Origin: Cylindrospermopsis raciborskii Cr2010
Lineage (GTDB): Bacteria; Cyanobacteriota; Cyanobacteriia; Cyanobacteriales; Nostocaceae
Reading direction: 5' to 3'
Assembly (NCBI RefSeq): GCF_003367075.2
Contig: NZ_CP065936.1
Location: 1,710,001 to 1,742,000, forward strand
DNA length: 32,000 nt
Below are positions 8,971 through 17,469 of this stretch, piece by piece. Position 1 is the first letter of the stretch. Each line of letters starts with the position of its first letter. A program made the translations under genes and the position numbers. The notes beneath the pieces are model-generated. The model did no database searches. It was not told the origin of the DNA and saw only the letters and a program-made list of their open reading frames with translations.

Positions 8971-11900
8971 ATGGCTCATTTATTGTTACCCCAACTCAAA
9001 GATGATTGCGATGTTAAATCTGGAACTGCTGGTGTGTGGGATGCCCAAGCACCAACTACCTTTGATCAAGTTGGCACAAGTTTAGATTACGCGGCGCCAG
9101 GGGAAATCAAAAATATAAGTTCTGTGCCTACTATTTGGGCCCGTCCTTTATCAGTAGAAATGGCATTACATAATGATAAATATCCCATTCGGGAACAAAT
9201 TATTGTCCAGTGGCAAGGAATGTTAACAGTTTTGGCTCTAGCTGAAGTGCGGGCATTTCCTATTAAGGCTCAACCTTTAGAATTGGGAGCTAGGAAAGAT
9301 AAAAATCTTTTTGCTCGTTCTCTGTATGAGCTGTTACCAGATGACAGAAATAGTATTTACCAGCTCAATAATAATAAAAATCCCTGGGAAGATTTATATA
9401 TTTTCACCTGGAATAATAACCCTGTGGGGATGACTTCTCCCAGCACCTTAGTTGTCCCATCAGAAGAAGGTATTTGGGATGGTTTACCTTGGTGGAATCC
9501 AATTAAAATGGGATTTGAACCTGTACATGGGTATTTGAATAGCACTGAAAAAGCCCAGTTAGTTTTTTGGTTAAACAACCTCAAAGAGGAAATTGGCAGA
9601 GCTAATGATGGAGAAAGAGATAATACTAAAAAAGCAGTAAATATCATATTTGGACTAATCAATGATTTTATTCGCAGTTTGGGAGTAACATCGGGACTTG
9701 ATTTCCAATTAACCAATAATCAAACATTTTTCGATGTTTCCTTAAACAAGGGAGCTTTATGGGGACTAAATTTTCCCGTAAAGGTGCAACCAAGAGAATC
9801 TAATATTCGGGTTGTTCCTAGCATCAATAAACCCCATGTTAAACCCCTGTTAATCATCGATAGAGATATAGCTAACAGTTGGAATGAGCCATCCCAAAAT
9901 ATTTGGGTTCATGAAGGTAAAACCTTAGCTGCTTTACGCCCTGAAGATATAGAAAAATGGAATAAAAGTAGAGAAGTAATTTGTGTCAAGTCACAAGAGC
10001 TGTTTTTACCCGAATTGAAATTTATTGACCAGGGGGGAATATTACCTAATGCTCTACTTCCTGAAGGTGCCCAATCCCTAACATTTAAAAGTGCGCCTAT
10101 TACACCCTTAATTCCCATTAATCCGATTCTATTGGATTACTTTACTCCAGAATATTTATCTAGCAAAATAGTCGGGTTTCAGATCAATAGAAATGGTGGT
10201 GGCACATCCTTAGTCAAAGTTACATTAACCATACCCTTGTATGGAATTAAGGAAGGGAGAACACCTCAGAATTTCTATGTTTACAAAGAATATCCTCTTT
10301 TAGAGGAAAATATCATTTCCGAAGTTCCTGTGTTAGAAATATGGCCTAATTTCCAGGTGCAGGGATGGAAAGAATACTACGGCTTTTACTACGATGCTGG
10401 TTTAGGAGAAGAAACATTTCAAGTCAGTTTTCCTACTGCTGAAAAAACCCATAGTTTTTCAGAAAAAAATGAAATTTATCAAGTAGCTAAATTGAATGAG
10501 TTTCCATCTTTTCTTAAATGTAAAGATAATTACAAAAACACCATTGGTCTAATTTTATTACCAACTCCACAACCTATCAACCTAGGGGGTCAATGGGTAG
10601 TTGGTGTTGATTTTGGCACATCTTTTACCAATGTCTATGTCAATAAAAATGACAGATTGGTAGAACGTTTAGATCTAGAAAATCTCCACTGTCAAGTTAC
10701 TGATGTTTCTATTGATACTAGATTCCCTGCCTTATTTGAATTTTTCATTCCCGAAAATTTTATCCCTGAAGATAAGCCTTTTCCCCTTTCTACTGTGCTG
10801 ACAACTAAGGGTAAAACTAATGCTGGGGAAGACCAGGTAAGTCCAATTTTGGATGGTCGTATTTATATTCCTGATCTCCAATCGTTTGATCCTGAACAAC
10901 CATGGATAAAAACTAACCTGAAATGGACAACTACTAACCTGACCGCTAACGAACTGTTTCTCAAACATTTGGCATTGCATATTACAGCTTTAGCGGCTAA
11001 GAATGGTGTAAGAGAGATTCAATGGTCTTTATCATTCCCCTCCGCCTTTTCTTCAACAGAACAGAATAGATATATTAAGAGGTGGAGTTTATTAACTGGA
11101 GCATTAGTAGATACTACGGGAATTATCCATAAGACTCCCACAAGAGATGATCCTAATTATTTTAAGACTGAAAGTCTAGCAGTTGGACAATACTTTGCTG
11201 AACAAGAAGGATATGATTTAGTTGGTAGTACTTGTATTGATATGGGCGGTGGGACTTCAGACATTTCTATTTGGCAAGATGATCAACTGCTAGATCAGTG
11301 TTCTATTTTGTTAGCGGGTAGGGAGTTATTTTCCCAGTTTATAGAAATGAACCCTGATTTTTTGAAAAAATTAGATCCAAATATCAAAGACATTAAGGGT
11401 AAGCTCAAGGGTGCTGCTTTCTATGCTAAATTGGATGTTTGGATGCGTTTAGAATCAGCCAATTGGCTAGAAAAGAAAAGAGACAGATTTGAAGAAGATA
11501 GGGAATTTCAAGGACTTATACGTCTGATGGCAATTGGTATTTCTGGGTTATACTTCTATATAGGTCAAATTCTCTCTGTTTTGTCTCAAGAGCAAAAATA
11601 CTCTAGAGATGAAATTACATCGGTTTATATTGGTGGCAATGGCTCTCGTTTATTACACTGGTTAGCAGAAGGTGGTGAATTTAATCGCCATTCAGAAATT
11701 AATGCTTTGTTTAATAAAATGATGAGTATTGCTGCCAAATTACCTCAGACAGACCAACCCACACTTCTAAGTCAAAACCCCAAGGATGAAGCTGCTTGTG
11801 GTTTGGTTTTAAGAGAGAGAAGATTAAGAGGTTTGGGTAGGAATGATAGAGATCCGATTATTGCTGGTGAGGACTGTATTATTAATGGTCAAACTTTTGA

Positions 11901-12231
11901 CTATCACGATCGTTTAAATTTCAGAAGTGATATTAGTACATATCAAATCTCTTTCAATCAGTTGAAATTGTTTTTAAATTCCTTTCATACCAGCCTAGAT
12001 GAACTACGTATTGAGGGTGTGAAACCATTAGAAACCTACCAGGTTAAGGAAAATTTAGATGACCCAGATCCAGACTACAATGCAAAATTGTGGCGTGCAA
12101 CAGAAAGAGAATTGAGAAATGATCTTAATAGTATCCGAGGTAGTATTGAAGATATTAGGCAAGAACCACCTTTTATAATGGCATTAAAAGCTCTTTTGAG
12201 GGTTCTAGGCAAAGAATGGGCCGGAAAGTAA
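8971..12231 (+). CDS. Large protein with C-terminal actin/Hsp70-type ATPase domain and ~540-aa uncharacterised N-terminal region (1086 aa)
   Basis: Phosphate-1 'VVGVDFGTSFTNVYV' (~10597-10641), phosphate-2 'CIDMGGGTSDISIW' (~11233-11274), adenosine-type 'SVYIGGNGSRLLHWL' (~11620-11664). Confidence 0.75.
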   Translation: MAHLLLPQLKDDCDVKSGTAGVWDAQAPTTFDQVGTSLDYAAPGEIKNISSVPTIWARPLSVEMALHNDKYPIREQIIVQWQGMLTVLALAEVRAFPIKAQPLELGARKDKNLFARSLYELLPDDRNSIYQLNNNKNPWEDLYIFTWNNNPVGMTSPSTLVVPSEEGIWDGLPWWNPIKMGFEPVHGYLNSTEKAQLVFWLNNLKEEIGRANDGERDNTKKAVNIIFGLINDFIRSLGVTSGLDFQLTNNQTFFDVSLNKGALWGLNFPVKVQPRESNIRVVPSINKPHVKPLLIIDRDIANSWNEPSQNIWVHEGKTLAALRPEDIEKWNKSREVICVKSQELFLPELKFIDQGGILPNALLPEGAQSLTFKSAPITPLIPINPILLDYFTPEYLSSKIVGFQINRNGGGTSLVKVTLTIPLYGIKEGRTPQNFYVYKEYPLLEENIISEVPVLEIWPNFQVQGWKEYYGFYYDAGLGEETFQVSFPTAEKTHSFSEKNEIYQVAKLNEFPSFLKCKDNYKNTIGLILLPTPQPINLGGQWVVGVDFGTSFTNVYVNKNDRLVERLDLENLHCQVTDVSIDTRFPALFEFFIPENFIPEDKPFPLSTVLTTKGKTNAGEDQVSPILDGRIYIPDLQSFDPEQPWIKTNLKWTTTNLTANELFLKHLALHITALAAKNGVREIQWSLSFPSAFSSTEQNRYIKRWSLLTGALVDTTGIIHKTPTRDDPNYFKTESLAVGQYFAEQEGYDLVGSTCIDMGGGTSDISIWQDDQLLDQCSILLAGRELFSQFIEMNPDFLKKLDPNIKDIKGKLKGAAFYAKLDVWMRLESANWLEKKRDRFEEDREFQGLIRLMAIGISGLYFYIGQILSVLSQEQKYSRDEITSVYIGGNGSRLLHWLAEGGEFNRHSEINALFNKMMSIAAKLPQTDQPTLLSQNPKDEAACGLVLRERRLRGLGRNDRDPIIAGEDCIINGQTFDYHDRLNFRSDISTYQISFNQLKLFLNSFHTSLDELRIEGVKPLETYQVKENLDDPDPDYNAKLWRATERELRNDLNSIRGSIEDIRQEPPFIMALKALLRVLGKEWAGK

Positions 12232-12246
12232 GACCGCAGATTACAA

Positions 12247-12266
12247 GTGGGCAAACTAAATTGCCC
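12247..12266 (+). other. Intergenic hairpin GTGGGCAA-actaaa-TTGCCCGC (8-bp stem, one G-T pair)
   Basis: Inverted repeat directly visible between the actin-like and zinc-ribbon genes; no following T tract. Confidence 0.5.
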
Positions 12267-12312
12267 GCTCCCTTGCCCAAAGTTTATCATTTATATAATG
12301 TGGAGGTTAAAG

Positions 12313-13110
12313 ATGCAAGATTGTCCTGTATGTGGGTGGAAATATAACAAGTATAATATAAGTATAGAAACAGGTGAGTTTTGTCCACAATGTGGTTGGC
12401 ATTTGTTCCCAGCTCCTCATAATATGAGAGCAGTATCAGGTGAACTACAAACAGTAAAGTGGGCCAGAAAAACCTGGGACAGATTATCTCAATTGCAGAA
12501 GGAATGTTCACTTTTACAGGAAAGAAATCATTCATTACTAAAACAATATTTGGCAAAAATAGAGGATATCCAGGCTAATACTCAGAATTTGCCAGAAATG
12601 CTCAGTATTCTACGGCAAATTAATGAAAAAAGCCAAGAAAAAGACTCTTTCGGTAATCAAACACAAACAACTAGGCCTGGGGATTATGAGGAGGATAAAC
12701 AAGTAAGTAACTATGAAATTGATGACCCAGAAATAACTAGTTTGGTGGAGAATTATAATAATCACGCGGAATTTACAGATAAGATAGATGTTTCTGAAAC
12801 GGAAGAAAGCAAGTCTCATCGTTGGTCTGGTGGCAAAGATCCAGCAATTTTTGAGTTGAATTCCAGAGGTAGGGGAGACTATTGGATTATTGCTAATCAA
12901 TATTTGGTGCCAAAACTCAAGCATAAAATTAATCAGCACAGTTATAAAACTATATCAGTGTTATTTGATTTCCGGAATTATGACGACAATGAGCATGTAA
13001 GTTTAGATGATATGATGCTGGTTAAACCTGCTAAGGTTATCCCTATTCCTAATCAAGAAAAATGGCAATTACAAGACACTGGAATCTTAGAGTTTAAAAC
13101 ACAAATATAA
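12313..13110 (+). CDS. Zinc-ribbon protein with coiled coil and shared 'GxYWxI...LVP...W.L...G.LEF' C-terminal domain (265 aa)
   Basis: Start at ATG 12313 preferred over 12247 because of the GGAGG at 12302-12306; 'CPVCGWKYNKYNISIETGEFCPQCGWHLFP' (2x CxxC). Confidence 0.75.
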   Translation: MQDCPVCGWKYNKYNISIETGEFCPQCGWHLFPAPHNMRAVSGELQTVKWARKTWDRLSQLQKECSLLQERNHSLLKQYLAKIEDIQANTQNLPEMLSILRQINEKSQEKDSFGNQTQTTRPGDYEEDKQVSNYEIDDPEITSLVENYNNHAEFTDKIDVSETEESKSHRWSGGKDPAIFELNSRGRGDYWIIANQYLVPKLKHKINQHSYKTISVLFDFRNYDDNEHVSLDDMMLVKPAKVIPIPNQEKWQLQDTGILEFKTQI

Positions 13111-13147
13111 GCCCAAACATAAAAATTAAAAAAACTTATAAAAAACT

Positions 13148-14578
13148 ATGAATAAACTTATGAAACACCACTTTTACCTGACCCTCACATTATCTAGTAT
13201 ATTGCTCTTGGTTTCTCCCGTTCGTGCTGTAGATGATCTGGTGCAAGATCCACCACCGGGTAATATAACTAATATTGCCATAGGTGTCAATCAGCAACAG
13301 AATATCCCAGAAAAATTTGCAGGGTTAAAAAATGCGGTAAGATCCTTCAATCGGAATTTAAAGAATTTTGTTCAAGATAAAAAAGATACTGGAAATTTGA
13401 ACTCTCGTGCGGTTCTTGCCCAAATTAATGACCTAAAGCAGGAGATTGCTACCTTACCTCAAACTCCCCTCTTATCTCCCCCGGTTGCTAGGAGTAATGC
13501 TATCCTTAAAGAACTTGACCGTGCTACCAAATACTTGGAAAATGGATTAGAACCGAAAGGAGTAACTGGAATACAAAAATATTTGGGGTTTTTTGCCAAA
13601 AAAAAAGTAAACAAAAAATATTATGGAAACTTTGGCAAAACAACACAGGAAGAAATAGAGAAATTTACTAATGCAAAAATCCAACAGTTAGAAAAGGAGA
13701 TTACAACCATTCAATCTTTGACTGGTAAAACTGGGATAAAATCAGTAGCAGTATTAAGTACTAACAGTATTAGCAATATCCCAATTTCCTCCACCAAAGT
13801 GGATCCTAAGTCAAATAATAATGAACCCAATAATAATGCGAAAGAACTCGCAGCACTCAAAAGTAGATTAGATGGAATGGAGAAAACAGCAATAATCATA
13901 GGTTTGATCTTTTTCATCGGTATTTTTGTTTGTATATATGTATTGTCTCAAATCATAGGAAATCCAGAAATGATCAAACGACTTAACAGACTTGATCAAT
14001 CTAACAATAATACTATGAAAAAGTTCAATTATTTAGAAACCCAGTTAGAGGTCATACGAGATAAGCAAAAAACTTTAATTGAGAAAATCAATAACTTAAG
14101 TAAATTAGATAGGTTTAATGGTGAGCAAGTTTCAATTCCCGAACCTCCTAAACTACCAGTAGATAAACGTTATCAATCACAAAAATTACCATTCATACCC
14201 AATAATTTGGAAAATCCTATCATTGTACTCTATAACAACAAGGCTAATGTGCTAATTGATAGAGCAATTCCAGTGTCGGAGGCTAAACTTACAGCTTATG
14301 AGCGTCGCTTGGGTCGTTATACTCAACCTGTTTTAGAGGAAACTAGACGGGGTAATTATTGGGTTATCATCGAAGGTACTGTGAACTATCTTGTTCCTAA
14401 ATTTGACATCAGAATTAATAGTCATAATTATAGTACAATATCTCTATTTTTTGAGTGTTTTAAATATGATCACAAGAGCATAAATGATTTTAAGGATTTT
14501 AGACTGATTAGTCCGGCAATAGTTTCCTCAACCGGTGACAAATGGGAGTTAGTTGAACGGGGAGAGTTGGAATTTTAA
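13148..14578 (+). CDS. Signal peptide/TM plus coiled-coil protein with shared C-terminal domain (476 aa)
   Basis: 'HFYLTLTLSSILLLVSPVRAVDD' leader, internal TM 'AIIIGLIFFIGIFVCIYVLSQI', C-terminus 'GNYWVIIEGTVNYLVPKF...KWELVERGELEF'. Confidence 0.75.
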   Translation: MNKLMKHHFYLTLTLSSILLLVSPVRAVDDLVQDPPPGNITNIAIGVNQQQNIPEKFAGLKNAVRSFNRNLKNFVQDKKDTGNLNSRAVLAQINDLKQEIATLPQTPLLSPPVARSNAILKELDRATKYLENGLEPKGVTGIQKYLGFFAKKKVNKKYYGNFGKTTQEEIEKFTNAKIQQLEKEITTIQSLTGKTGIKSVAVLSTNSISNIPISSTKVDPKSNNNEPNNNAKELAALKSRLDGMEKTAIIIGLIFFIGIFVCIYVLSQIIGNPEMIKRLNRLDQSNNNTMKKFNYLETQLEVIRDKQKTLIEKINNLSKLDRFNGEQVSIPEPPKLPVDKRYQSQKLPFIPNNLENPIIVLYNNKANVLIDRAIPVSEAKLTAYERRLGRYTQPVLEETRRGNYWVIIEGTVNYLVPKFDIRINSHNYSTISLFFECFKYDHKSINDFKDFRLISPAIVSSTGDKWELVERGELEF

Positions 14579-14584
14579 CCCATA

Positions 14585-14615
14585 TTTCATACTTCAACCC
14601 AACCTACGTTCATAT
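14585..14615. repeat. Partial copy of the dispersed intergenic repeat (copy C)
   Basis: 'tttcatacttcaacccaacctacgttcatatt' lies between the two paralogous shared-domain genes and matches the right half of copies A and B. Confidence 0.7.
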
Positions 14616-14684
14616 TATATTTAATTCCACCCACCCACTTATATATAAACCCAAACATAAAAATGACCAATATGGAACTAACTT

Positions 14685-15644
14685 ATGAAGTACCGTTTGA
14701 AGTACCATTTTTACCTCACCCTCACATTATCTAGCATATTACTGTTGTTTCCCCATGTTCGTGCTGTGGATGATTGGGTGGAATATTTTGACCTAAAGCA
14801 GCGGATTTCTACTTTAAGTAGTAAGATTATTAATAGTAATACTCCAGCACCTGAATCCTTACCCACCAAGGTAGATCCTAAGCCAAATAATAATGCGAAG
14901 GAACTTGCGGAAATTAAAAGTAGATTAGATGAAATGGAAAAAGTCATAATAATGGTGGCTGTGCTATGTTGTGCTGGTATGTTTATTTGTTTATTTGTAT
15001 TATTTCAAGTCACAGAAAATCCAAATTTGATTAAAGACTTTAACATAATTTATCGCTACCATAAGAGTAGTGTGATAAGACTCGATGCTTTGGAAAATCA
15101 ATTACAGGTGGTGCTAGTTAGACAAAAAACCTTAACGGACACAATCAATAACTTAACTAACTCGGATAAGTCTGATGGTGAGCAAGTCTCCCCAATTCCT
15201 CAGCAAATCCCACAAGAAATTCCTCAACCTAAACCACCAACAGATCAACCATATCAAACACCAAAATTAGGACCCAATATTTTTGATAATCCTATAATAG
15301 CACTGTATAATGGCAAAGTTAAGTTGCTAGCTGATATGGTAATTAGAGTATCAGAGGTTAAACTTACAGCTCGCGACCGTCGTTCTGGTCGTTACACTAG
15401 GCCTGTTTTAGAAGAAAACAGACAGGGTAATTATTGGATTATCAATCAACGAAATATGATCTATCTTGTTCCTAAATTTAACATGAGAGTTACTAGTCGT
15501 AATTATGATGCTATATCTGTGTTTTTTGAATGTATTAAATATGATCCCAATAGTAGGAAAAGTTTTAAGTTGATTAATCCAGCAATCGTTTTCTTAAAGG
15601 GTAGTAAATGGGAGCTATTTCAACGGGGAGAGTTAGAATTTTAA
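14685..15644 (+). CDS. Tandem paralogue of the preceding gene, with a large internal deletion relative to it (319 aa)
   Basis: Same leader 'HFYLTLTLSSILLLFPHVRAVDDW', 'TKVDPKPNNNAKELAEIKSRLDEMEK', internal TM, C-terminus 'GNYWIINQRNMIYLVPKF...KWELFQRGELEF'. Confidence 0.75.
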   Translation: MKYRLKYHFYLTLTLSSILLLFPHVRAVDDWVEYFDLKQRISTLSSKIINSNTPAPESLPTKVDPKPNNNAKELAEIKSRLDEMEKVIIMVAVLCCAGMFICLFVLFQVTENPNLIKDFNIIYRYHKSSVIRLDALENQLQVVLVRQKTLTDTINNLTNSDKSDGEQVSPIPQQIPQEIPQPKPPTDQPYQTPKLGPNIFDNPIIALYNGKVKLLADMVIRVSEVKLTARDRRSGRYTRPVLEENRQGNYWIINQRNMIYLVPKFNMRVTSRNYDAISVFFECIKYDPNSRKSFKLINPAIVFLKGSKWELFQRGELEF

Positions 15645-15712
15645 CCTATAATAATTTTAGCTGGTCTAATTAGTTTTAGTTACGTGGTAATTTAAATAAC
15701 TGGAGTTGGAAA

Positions 15713-16690
15713 ATGGTTAATTCAGATGATATCCTCGCTAGAATTCAAAAGATAGAAAGCTACCTATCTACAGCTGATGCAAGAAACAATGGCCCGGTCA
15801 TGGTTACTGGTGCTTGTAATATGGAAAAAATTATTCCCGTAAATATCTCGGAAGAGGAAATAATAGAAGTTTATAATGAAGTACCCGGGGTTTTACTCAG
15901 AAACTCAATTGTTACACAGTTAACTGATGCAAGTTATCGGGATGGAGACCAGCCCATTATTTTACAACCCGATGACTATGGTAAGTATTGGTTAATTGTC
16001 TCGGATGAAGATAACATTTTTGTTATACCCTCTATTGAGGTTAAGTCTTATATTTATAGACTAAAAAGCATGGCTAAAGTATTTGATTTTCAGGGTGGTA
16101 GTCCTTCTACAGATAATCATTATTTATTAATTAAACCCGCAAGATTCCAGACTTTACCCAGTGGAAGGGAATGGAAAATGGAGGAAAAGGGGATTTTAGA
16201 GTTTACTAATCATGGTGGAAAAGATTCACTGGCTAAATCTTTGCACAAGTCTATACAGAATAATCAGACAAATACCAATTCGGAAATCTCGAAAATTCAT
16301 CAGGAGTTAAATAAGATAAAATCTCAATTAGAACATATTTCTTCCCAGGGAGACTGGCAAGCTTCTATATCCGAAATAAGAGACAATCAAGCAAATACCA
16401 ATTTGGAACTCATGAGAGCTAATCAACAATTAGACCGACAGTTAAATGAGATAAAATCTCAATTAGAACAAGTTACCCCCCAGGAAGATTGGCAATCTCT
16501 TATTTGGGAAATAAGAGATAATCAAGCAAATACCAATTTGGAACTCAGGAGAGCTAATCGACAGTTAGACCGTCAATTAAATGATATTAGCTCCCAACTG
16601 GAGCAGTTGAGATCCCAAGATATTAGACTCCAAATAGATTTACTCAGGGTACGCTTAGAATCTTTAGAGAGCAGGTCAAGTAGAGATTAA
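15713..16690 (+). CDS. Soluble protein with the shared domain near the N-terminus and a repetitive coiled-coil C-terminus (325 aa)
   Basis: 'YGKYWLIVSDEDNIFVIPSIEV...KVFDFQGG...YLLIKPARFQTLPSGREWKMEEKGILEF' followed by heptad-rich repeats. Confidence 0.7.
   Translation: MVNSDDILARIQKIESYLSTADARNNGPVMVTGACNMEKIIPVNISEEEIIEVYNEVPGVLLRNSIVTQLTDASYRDGDQPIILQPDDYGKYWLIVSDEDNIFVIPSIEVKSYIYRLKSMAKVFDFQGGSPSTDNHYLLIKPARFQTLPSGREWKMEEKGILEFTNHGGKDSLAKSLHKSIQNNQTNTNSEISKIHQELNKIKSQLEHISSQGDWQASISEIRDNQANTNLELMRANQQLDRQLNEIKSQLEQVTPQEDWQSLIWEIRDNQANTNLELRRANRQLDRQLNDISSQLEQLRSQDIRLQIDLLRVRLESLESRSSRD
16381..16640 (+). repeat. Internal coding direct repeat, 135-bp period (45 aa: RDNQANTNLELxRANxQLDRQLN-I-SQLEQ...)
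   Basis: 'agacaatcaagcaaataccaatttggaactc' at 16381 recurs as 'agataatcaagcaaataccaatttggaactc' at 16516. Confidence 0.8.
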
Positions 16691-16776
16691 CTAGAGTATT
16701 AAGTCTTCACGGATTAAAATGCCTATTGTATACTACTATGAAGACTTTTGATCCTGTCCACTCAACAATTTCTTCC

Positions 16777-17427
16777 ATGAAACCACAACTCCTTGTTTAT
16801 GTCCCACCCCATCCCTTAATTAAACACTGGTTGTCTGTAGCTCGTGAAGCAGCTACCCCTTCAGTGCTATTCCGCTCTGCTATTACCGAATTAGGAAGGT
16901 GGTTAACCTATGAAGCCACTAGAGAATGGCTACCTACTCAAGAAAGCGTAGTTCAAACACCTTTAGCTCCATGCTCAGCTACTTTTATCAATTCACAAGT
17001 ACCCTTAGCAGCTGTCCCCGTTCTCCGTGGGGGATTGGGTTTATGGGAAGGAGCACAAACTGTGTTACCCTTAGCTAGTGTTTATCATTTGGGATTAACC
17101 CGAGATGAAAAAACCCTGGAACCATCCTGTTATCTCAATAAGTTACCGGAAAAATTTGCCCCCGACACTAGGGTCTTAATTGTCGATCCTATGTTGGCCA
17201 CAGGAGGATCTATAATGGCAACAATGGCAGAATTGACACAAAGAGGTGTGGAACCAGCATTAACTCGAATTGTTTGTGTAATCGCGGCAAAACCTGCTTT
17301 GCAAAGACTAAATGCTGCTTATCCTCAATTGGTCGTCTACAGTGCCACTATTGATGAAAATCTAGATGACCAAGGATTCATTGTGCCGGGACTAGGAGAT
17401 GCAGGCGATCGCATTTTTGGTACTTAA
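16777..17427 (+). CDS. upp: Uracil phosphoribosyltransferase (ORF track starts at 16726; ATG 16777 'MKPQLLVYVPPHPLIKHWL' is a more likely start)
   Basis: 'VYVPPHPLIKHWLSVAREAATPSVLFRSAITELGRWLTYEA', 'VPVLRGGLGLWEGA', PRPP-binding-type 'VLIVDPMLATGGSI'. Confidence 0.85.
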   Translation: MKPQLLVYVPPHPLIKHWLSVAREAATPSVLFRSAITELGRWLTYEATREWLPTQESVVQTPLAPCSATFINSQVPLAAVPVLRGGLGLWEGAQTVLPLASVYHLGLTRDEKTLEPSCYLNKLPEKFAPDTRVLIVDPMLATGGSIMATMAELTQRGVEPALTRIVCVIAAKPALQRLNAAYPQLVVYSATIDENLDDQGFIVPGLGDAGDRIFGT

Positions 17428-17469
17428 AAGCTACCATATTAGCTACTACTTATTGAAGGCGGTGAAAGT

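Noticed and set aside
8908-8971. A frameshift or pseudogene split joining the tubulin-like and actin-like ORFs
   Set aside because: Both ORFs are in the same frame but separated by two in-frame stops (8908 and 8935), and each half carries its own complete N-terminal motifs. Kept as two genes, with the size question noted as a finding.
9357-12290. - strand ORFs at 9357-9716, 9909-10118, 10732-10980 and 12075-12290
   Set aside because: They lie antisense inside the well-supported 1086-aa gene, have low-complexity composition and show no recognisable motifs.
12287-14947. - strand ORFs at 12287-12556, 12610-12939, 13711-13917 and 14711-14947
   Set aside because: Antisense to motif-supported + strand genes; the apparent TM segments arise from AT-rich antisense translation.
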